Source: a virus
Strand: one strand, 5' to 3'
IMG/VR virus record: IMGVR_UViG_3300045970_000046
Span: 11,120-75,119 of that record
Length of the DNA: 64,000 nucleotides
The position numbers and the translations under genes are program-made. Positions 58,347-64,000 of this stretch are shown here, piece after piece. Numbering within the stretch: the first letter of the stretch is position 1; the number at the start of each line of letters is the position of its first letter. The notes beneath the pieces were generated by a model. The model had not been told where the DNA came from. It searched no databases and saw only the letters and a program-made list of their open reading frames with translations.

Positions 58347-58379
58347 CCGTTATAACGGAAGCGTACACTTGACGTCAAG
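58347..58379 (-). promoter_or_regulatory. promoter of the packaging/virion operon with two palindromes
   Basis: TTGACG-N18-TATAAC, 6 nt before the ATG. Confidence 0.6.
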
Positions 58380-58415
58380 GGAGAGTAAAGATCCTCTTTA
58401 ATAGGGATCTCAAAT

Positions 58416-58451
58416 AAAAATACGGTGTATCCATGAAGGATACACCGTATT
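58416..58451 (-). terminator. intrinsic terminator
   Basis: 14-bp stem AATACGGTGTATCC/GGATACACCGTATT plus a T-run. Confidence 0.85.
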
Positions 58452-58480
58452 GGGTCCGAGCTAGTTGTACAGTATAGAAC

Positions 58481-58738
58481 TTATCTACGAAGTCCTTTAG
58501 TATATCGGCTAGAGATTTCTACCGTGGTCTTTAACGTAATATCCTCGACAAAACCATTACTATCTATTTGCCTTAGACCTAGAAACGTATGGAAGAGATT
58601 AGCGATAGCTAACCGTTCTGAGGATGCTAGCCACAGAGCCTTATGCTCCTTACAGAGAGGAAGCATAACGTTTCGGTCGATTACCATGAAGCCTTGTTCA
58701 AGGCACGAAGAGACAGAGCACGGAGTCGGGATGGCCAT
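58481..58738 (-). CDS. hypothetical Cys/His protein
   Basis: C...C...LC..H. Confidence 0.55.
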   Translation of the reverse strand: MAIPTPCSVSSCLEQGFMVIDRNVMLPLCKEHKALWLASSERLAIANLFHTFLGLRQIDSNGFVEDITLKTTVEISSRYTKGLRR

Positions 58739-58739
58739 G

Positions 58740-59156
58740 TTAGTTCCGACTATTCTGGTCTAGTGTTATAATTCTAGAAGGCTCGGTAACGTCTACGGTG
58801 GAAGCGTCTCTAACGAGTCCCGCTTCTTTAGCTTCCTTTAGTTCTCGGGAACATAAGAAATCGGCTGACGTTGTATGCCACCGATGTACTTCCGTTAGAG
58901 CCTGTTCGATATGGTTAGCTACACCGTCCGTATGACGCTCACGGTGCTTCATAACAAGTAGGGCTAGACGTTGCTTAACTTCATTAACACCACGAGTCTC
59001 GCCCATAATTAGCATCTTCTCAAGGCGCTCTATAATCTCTTCTTTAATATCCCCAACTAGGCCGAATAGAATAGAGAGGTCTTTGGCGATACCCTCAGCA
59101 GCTTCGCGGCGTACATCAACATGGGTACGTTGGACAGGCACCACAGGGTCGTTCAT
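58740..59156 (-). CDS. hypothetical protein
   Basis: 138 aa, coupled in the operon. Confidence 0.6.
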   Translation of the reverse strand: MNDPVVPVQRTHVDVRREAAEGIAKDLSILFGLVGDIKEEIIERLEKMLIMGETRGVNEVKQRLALLVMKHRERHTDGVANHIEQALTEVHRWHTTSADFLCSRELKEAKEAGLVRDASTVDVTEPSRIITLDQNSRN

Positions 59157-59482
59157 GTAATCTCTTTCTTAGTAGGTGTATTGAATGGAGTTTCTGTTAC
59201 AAGCCAGACGGGAGGTTGATTAGTACCTAATACTCCGAGCCACACCACACCGCCGAATAAAAGACGAAGTCTTTCCCTAAAAGAAGGTTTGAAGCACGAT
59301 ACAATTATAGGGAAACCCTCTTCATCATATGTACGAAGTGCGTGCAAGGAACCACATTGTTCTTCTGTCATACCAGTAGGCCGACGGAATTCAGTTGTAG
59401 AACCGGGAAATCTAACTGGTAACATAGGATCTTTGACTCCTTTCGCCGTTGGTAGTTTGATCCTACCCCTACTAGTACCCAA
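59153..59482 (-). CDS. conserved hypothetical phage protein
   Basis: P..M.EEQC.SL...SC.KPS.RER...G.VWL.V....QPPV. Confidence 0.65.
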   Translation of the reverse strand: MGTSRGRIKLPTAKGVKDPMLPVRFPGSTTEFRRPTGMTEEQCGSLHALRTYDEEGFPIIVSCFKPSFRERLRLLFGGVVWLGVLGTNQPPVWLVTETPFNTPTKKEIT

Positions 59483-59540
59483 ACCCCTGTTTTTAAACCG
59501 TTTGGCGTACGCCGGCGCCGTACCAAAACCGGGTAAACCC

Positions 59541-59762
59541 CTATTGACGTACCCATTCTATGTAACTGGGAACCCGCAGGTCAAATGAATTTTCAGTTTC
59601 AGGACAAATGGCATGATAGAAGTAAGGTAGCCAAGGTTTCAACCAACGTGGACGAAAGAATTTATAGACATGAAACACTCCGCAGTGCGGACATTGGCGG
59701 CTAACGATAATCGGAGATTGTGCCATCCGGGGTAGGATAATGTAGCATAACCTCTTTTGCAA
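59541..59762 (-). CDS. small Zn-ribbon-like protein
   Basis: CPHC...H..CP. Confidence 0.45.
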   Translation of the reverse strand: MQKRLCYIILPRMAQSPIIVSRQCPHCGVFHVYKFFRPRWLKPWLPYFYHAICPETENSFDLRVPSYIEWVRQ

Positions 59763-59777
59763 GAAGCCAAACTGAGG

Positions 59778-60338
59778 CTAACCCCATTGTTCCGCCATAG
59801 CCCTTCCAATACCTTCAAAAGATATAGACCTATTACGTTCTTTGTTACTAATCCACTTAGGAATACGATTACCACCGTGGACAACAATCTCGCCTGTGTC
59901 CACAATCTGGGTTGGGATCAGGCACGGTAGATTCGTCAACCAAAGACAGGTAGCCTTTTGATAGCTGTCACCAAAGTGGTAGGGATGAATAATCTGACTA
60001 GGTATACGAATCTGCGTACTGATTATACCAACTGGATTTTCGATACAAATCTTCGGTATAGGGGCGTCCATAAGAAGTCGAACAAAGTCTAAGGCTTGTT
60101 TCTGTACATCTTCCTTCTCACTAAACCAACGAGCTCCACTCGAAGCCAGATGTGTGCAGGGTGGATGGGCTATAAGCATATCCCATCTACTATCTAAAAC
60201 ACTCTTTGCGTGGCCTATGATATGGTAGGGTGATTTATCCTTAGCAGGAATCATATCGCAAGACCAAGCGTTATGACCTCTATCTCTAAAGGCCTGACGT
60301 ACTACGCCAGAGAATTCACACGCTACTAGGACGTTCAC
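59778..60338 (-). CDS. DNA cytosine methyltransferase-like protein
   Basis: VLVACEFSG, SCD, AHPPCT, IENP, K.TCLW, AMAEQWG. Confidence 0.8.
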   Translation of the reverse strand: MNVLVACEFSGVVRQAFRDRGHNAWSCDMIPAKDKSPYHIIGHAKSVLDSRWDMLIAHPPCTHLASSGARWFSEKEDVQKQALDFVRLLMDAPIPKICIENPVGIISTQIRIPSQIIHPYHFGDSYQKATCLWLTNLPCLIPTQIVDTGEIVVHGGNRIPKWISNKERNRSISFEGIGRAMAEQWG

Positions 60339-60556
60339 GCCTTATCGTCCACTTCTTTTCTGTACATACGGACAGTAGAAGCTGAACCAGCTAGGGCAAG
60401 GGCTATCTTCATACGCTTCTTATCGGTTGTACGGTCGGCGTATATCATCATAGCCTGATAAAGAACTTCTTGTATTTCTTGATTACTAACTGTGAGTATA
60501 TCCTGTCTCTCACGAGTTAAGAACCGTATATCAAGCTTATTCACTACGAGTGGCAT
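60335..60556 (-). CDS. hypothetical protein
   Basis: AAGGAG RBS. Confidence 0.6.
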   Translation of the reverse strand: MPLVVNKLDIRFLTRERQDILTVSNQEIQEVLYQAMMIYADRTTDKKRMKIALALAGSASTVRMYRKEVDDKA

Positions 60557-60568
60557 ATATCACTCCTT

Positions 60569-60615
60569 AAAAATGTAGCGACCCCCAAGCCAGGTAGACA
60601 AGGGGGTCGCTATGT
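60569..60615 (-). terminator. intrinsic terminator
   Basis: TAGCGACCCCC/GGGGGTCGCTA stem with a T-run on the minus strand. Confidence 0.75.
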
Positions 60616-60849
60616 TTAGACCGGGAAGCCGTTGATACGGGTAAAGAGGTACGACTTAAACGCCGCCTGATCTACGTCATAAACATCGAGTATCCAGGAT
60701 TTAGGATCATCAGGTGTCTGCGTATGCCGGATACTAATTGGGATTACATTCCTAATCCGGCGTTCACCCCGCTTACTAGTGTAATCGACTTTTGTAATCA
60801 GGTGTTTATACTGAGCGGTGTTTTTAGCGTAGTCAGGTATCTGAGGCAT
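60616..60849 (-). CDS. standalone WYL-like domain protein
   Basis: Y.SKRGE...R.V.P.SI...W.L..YD......Y...RI. Confidence 0.65.
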   Translation of the reverse strand: MPQIPDYAKNTAQYKHLITKVDYTSKRGERRIRNVIPISIRHTQTPDDPKSWILDVYDVDQAAFKSYLFTRINGFPV

Positions 60850-61134
60850 CTATGCAAGTCCTTCCTTTACTAAACGACCATTTACGAGTATATCCGCTTG
60901 ACAGTTACACTCAACGCCCAGGTCCGATAGGCACTGGCTACTATGACGGATTTCGACCTGATCAACGTTTGGACGAATTAAGCCCATATCGTAAAAGCGG
61001 GACAGCTTCGTCAGGTAATTACCAAGAATAACGTGGGGGGTTGGACTATCGGTCTGCGGCTCTTGGATAACAACGTTAAGTGTACCGTCGGCTTTAAAGC
61101 TCACTGAGTTCGTTCCCCCCGTTAGAGTTTCCAT
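60850..61134 (-). CDS. hypothetical protein
   Basis: H...C.....CNC motif. Confidence 0.55.
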   Translation of the reverse strand: METLTGGTNSVSFKADGTLNVVIQEPQTDSPTPHVILGNYLTKLSRFYDMGLIRPNVDQVEIRHSSQCLSDLGVECNCQADILVNGRLVKEGLA

Positions 61135-61189
61135 AGTCTTCGGGGGACTATGGAAACTAAGTGAATAGCGCCCTACCCCGTTCGAGTAA

Positions 61190-61468
61190 TTACAGCAACT
61201 GACCAGAGATAACTACCGTACCGGAGAAATCCAAACGAGCATTTCCCCAACTAGCAACAGCATACTTCCGCCACGGTCCTTCACCCCGGGCACTATCGGG
61301 GTCGTACAGTTTCGAGCCGATAAAATCGTAAAGCTCACTATCCATATCGGCTCCACCATACGTACCGTGTAGACTTAGGACTTTGGTGAGTTCATCACCT
61401 TCTAAGTCTAAACGGTATACTTCTGTATCCTCTGGAATGTTCTGCCAGAGAAGAAGGACCTGTGCCAT
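61190..61468 (-). CDS. hypothetical protein
   Basis: GGAGG RBS before MAQV. Confidence 0.6.
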   Translation of the reverse strand: MAQVLLLWQNIPEDTEVYRLDLEGDELTKVLSLHGTYGGADMDSELYDFIGSKLYDPDSARGEGPWRKYAVASWGNARLDFSGTVVISGQLL

Positions 61469-61761
61469 CAGTCCTCCCACTTAATCAGATCGTCGATAAC
61501 GCCAACAAACCTAGCCTCCGAGGAACCGTCCAGTCCAGCCGAACCGAACGGATATACCGTCCTCAGAGCAACGAGAGCTTGGCGATAAGTGTTGCGCTGA
61601 GTAGTAACCATACCCAATGTAGAGTCAGATAGTTTACGAAGATCGCCAAGGGTTTGCTCCAGTTCTCGAATACGTAGGATTAGATCGTCGCGACGTTCGT
61701 CCTTACACGTATCACACTTACTGGTAGAAAGTACCTCACATACCTCAGAACGCTTGTTCAT
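61468..61761 (-). CDS. hypothetical coiled-coil protein
   Basis: CDTC then heptads. Confidence 0.55.
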   Translation of the reverse strand: MNKRSEVCEVLSTSKCDTCKDERRDDLILRIRELEQTLGDLRKLSDSTLGMVTTQRNTYRQALVALRTVYPFGSAGLDGSSEARFVGVIDDLIKWED

Positions 61762-61762
61762 A

Positions 61763-62047
61763 CTACACACCGGGAGCTGGAGGCGGGGGCGGGGGAGCGG
61801 CCTTGGGGTCCTCTACGACCTTAAATGCCGCCTGTGCACCACTGGAACCGGGAGCCGACGAACCAAGCAAGGAGATACCCATCTGCAGCTTACCCGAGGC
61901 TGCGGCCTCAAGGAAGGCGTCAATCGCCATACGCAGGAGGGTCGCCCGGGGAACGTGGGTACGGTACGAAATCGAGTCCATAGCCTCGATCTTAGAAACC
62001 TCAAGCTGAAGTTGAACAACTTTAGAACCAACAGAAGGTGACGGCAT
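61763..62047 (-). CDS. ribbon-helix-helix DNA-binding protein
   Basis: VQLQL strand, VPRATLLRMAIDAFL. Confidence 0.75.
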   Translation of the reverse strand: MPSPSVGSKVVQLQLEVSKIEAMDSISYRTHVPRATLLRMAIDAFLEAAASGKLQMGISLLGSSAPGSSGAQAAFKVVEDPKAAPPPPPPAPGV

Positions 62048-62197
62048 AGTATGTGCTCCTTAGAGTACGATATGATGACGGTTAAAGATCCATTTACAGG
62101 GGTAACCGTCCCCACCCCTGTAACCACCACCCTACACCACCCGGACCACCCCCTACAAGGGAAAAACAACAACCCCATAGGGTAGGGATCTTAAAAA

Positions 62198-62386
62198 TCA
62201 AGGTTGAGTCGGATCATAGAGTCCAATTTTCAGCTTTCCAGCTCTCGCCTCCTCCAGAAACCGCTGGATAGCTACTCGTACAAGGACAATCCTCGGAATA
62301 GACGTCTTAGCGTACAGAGCATCGAGTTCGTCCAGTATCTCATCCTCAAGTTGAAACTTTACACTCCTCATTCCACTAGTTGCCAC
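62198..62386 (-). CDS. ribbon-helix-helix DNA-binding protein (paralogue)
   Basis: SVKFQL strand, IPRIVLVRVAIQRFL. Confidence 0.75.
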   Translation of the reverse strand: MATSGMRSVKFQLEDEILDELDALYAKTSIPRIVLVRVAIQRFLEEARAGKLKIGLYDPTQP

Positions 62387-63368
62387 AGAGCCCCCACCTT
62401 ACGCAACCGTCTTCGTTATCTTCAAAGTCTGTAGATCTATTCATAGTCTGGGACCAAGCTACAACATCATCAATCGCCATAAAGGGAGTGCTCCCCTTAC
62501 GGTGTTTTAGAGGAGATTGGAAGAAAGTGGGTGTGTAGCTAGGATCGGCGTTAGCTTGAACCTTCTTCTCCAATTCCCTAATTAGATCGATACGAGCTGG
62601 ATTTATTTTTGCGATTAACTTAATGTTAGCCTTATTCGCAAAGACACAAGGCCAGCACCCAACGCGACGTGCACCCTTGAGATAAAGTGGATTAGGCTTA
62701 AGGCCGTGCTTGTTGTGGATATCGATTACCTGTTGTTCGGTCCAATCGATAAGCGGGCGCCAGACCTCGGCGTCTAAACCTTCAGACCACTCCCACTCCC
62801 CAAGCATAGAACGGTTCTTACTCTCATCACGTCTAATACCAACAGAATTGACCCAGTCTTCACCGGATGTATCTACCACGTGATTCATATAGGCGTAAAG
62901 AGGCTTCATCTTCAGCTCTTCCGTACAAAACCTACGCTGCGTAGAAGGAAACATACCCTTCTTTAGAACAAGGTCGGCGAGTCCCTCATACCGTGTATTC
63001 TTGATAGTAGTAATAGGACCAAGCTTAGTCTTTAACTCACCGTGAATATAGTCGTATGTCTCTTGGGCTTCCCAACCTGTGTCCATAAAGACACGCTCGT
63101 GTTCGATACCCAGTTCGGTCAGGTATAAGGACATGGCAGCGGAGTCCTTACCACCCGATATAGAGCACATTACTCGACGTTTAGCTAAGTGCTCTAACGA
63201 GTTAGCTAGTACAACAGGTTCGAGGGTAGGCAGGTAGTCTTGTCTACCAACATAAGAACTAACATAATACTCAAAACCCCTACCCATCAAATAGGCAAAG
63301 GGATCTTCTAGTTCAGTGAATACAATATACTCTGAATCCTTTTTCCAAACATGGTACTGAGGCATCAC
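62376..63368 (-). CDS. PAPS reductase-family (PP-loop) protein
   Basis: SGGKDS, DTGWE, RFCT.ELK, GIRRDES..R, RVGCWPC, C-terminal Cys. Confidence 0.85.
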   Translation of the reverse strand: MMPQYHVWKKDSEYIVFTELEDPFAYLMGRGFEYYVSSYVGRQDYLPTLEPVVLANSLEHLAKRRVMCSISGGKDSAAMSLYLTELGIEHERVFMDTGWEAQETYDYIHGELKTKLGPITTIKNTRYEGLADLVLKKGMFPSTQRRFCTEELKMKPLYAYMNHVVDTSGEDWVNSVGIRRDESKNRSMLGEWEWSEGLDAEVWRPLIDWTEQQVIDIHNKHGLKPNPLYLKGARRVGCWPCVFANKANIKLIAKINPARIDLIRELEKKVQANADPSYTPTFFQSPLKHRKGSTPFMAIDDVVAWSQTMNRSTDFEDNEDGCVRWGLCGN

Positions 63369-63829
63369 TCCTCCCCGGGGAGAGCGAGGGCGGCGCGGAG
63401 CAGCGGCTCCACATTCTTGAACCGGGTCTTACTCAACTCGGCGCGCAACCAGCACTCAAGCTGGATCTTCGCCGCCTCGCTGCGGGCGGTCACCGCGGAG
63501 AGCGCGGACTCGGCCTTGCGCCCACGGGTCAACCAGACCTCGTAGTTGACTTGCACCTCGTCCCTCTCATCGTTAATGGTCACCTGATAATACTCTTTAA
63601 CCAAGAGTAGTAGCCTATGAGAGGCCTTACCCAGCTTTTCGAGGGAGGCTTCAGTTCGCTCTAGTTTGACTAGTAGTCTATCACGGTCAATCTGTAAGAT
63701 CGGCGTCAACCCACGCATAATAGCTATTTCCTCTCGGGCCCTAGCCAACTCGGCTCGGAGGAAAATTACCTCGTCCTCGGGTGTGATTAATCCCGGCCCG
63801 ATGAACTCATATTTAGAAACGTCACTCAT
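63365..63829 (-). CDS. coiled-coil hypothetical protein
   Basis: 154 aa, heptad-rich. Confidence 0.6.
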   Translation of the reverse strand: MSDVSKYEFIGPGLITPEDEVIFLRAELARAREEIAIMRGLTPILQIDRDRLLVKLERTEASLEKLGKASHRLLLLVKEYYQVTINDERDEVQVNYEVWLTRGRKAESALSAVTARSEAAKIQLECWLRAELSKTRFKNVEPLLRAALALPGEE

Positions 63830-63963
63830 TAGCTAATCCTAAAATTAAGTTCTTGTTCACGCATAAGGCGTTGGTGTCTACGTTCCATACGTCGATCTAC
63901 AATCCATAAAGCTACACAAGCCCCAACTATCGAACCAAGCGTGGAAGCAATAAAGATAGCCAT
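63829..63963 (-). CDS. 44-aa single-TM protein (not in ORF track)
   Basis: AGGAG RBS; MAIFIASTLGSIVGACVALWIV; TAATG coupling. Confidence 0.55.
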   Translation of the reverse strand: MAIFIASTLGSIVGACVALWIVDRRMERRHQRLMREQELNFRIS

Positions 63964-64000
63964 CTTAGTCTCCTAATAAAGCTCGTCGAGCGATCTCTTC

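Noticed and set aside
62376-63368. cysH sulfur-metabolism gene or a complete Dnd system
   Set aside because: No companion cys or dnd genes are visible
63371-63560. GC-rich patch as a mobile element
   Set aside because: In frame within an ORF, with no terminal repeats or transposase

Overview
This window is most of a tailed dsDNA phage genome with siphovirus morphogenesis genes. No integrase, primase, tRNA or CRISPR array was seen, so the genome probably continues beyond the window. Layout: (1) 14-2443 (+), small early-type ORFs. (2) 2522-8141 (-), recombination module: SF2 helicase, Cas4-like exonuclease, nucleoside deoxyribosyltransferase-like protein, DUF669-type SSB, Sak4-like AAA ATPase, EndoVII. 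(3) 8306-17493 (+), Cro-like HTH, a 7-deazaguanine DNA-modification cluster (queE, queC, queD, PRTase-folE fusion, dpdA), HNH, a phage beta-clamp, two MazG-fold pyrophosphatases and a family A DNA polymerase. (4) 17537-58342 (-), lysis and virion genes. (5) 58481-63963 (-), accessory genes (methyltransferase-like, WYL, two RHH, PAPS-reductase family). Main surprises: an ~8.8 kb module between two Dit-like domains that encodes an active subtilase, a catalytically dead subtilase, ~22-aa repeat stalk proteins, a signal-peptide-bearing fibre subunit, a repeat-bearing lipoprotein and beta-sandwich domains split across adjacent genes, with a parallel module on the neck; a tape measure protein with about eight beta-clamp-binding-like motifs; a PolA with several substituted active-site residues; a QueC lacking its Zn cysteines; and a Hint domain ending the tail fibre. 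All family calls come from motif recognition by eye, not from database searches.
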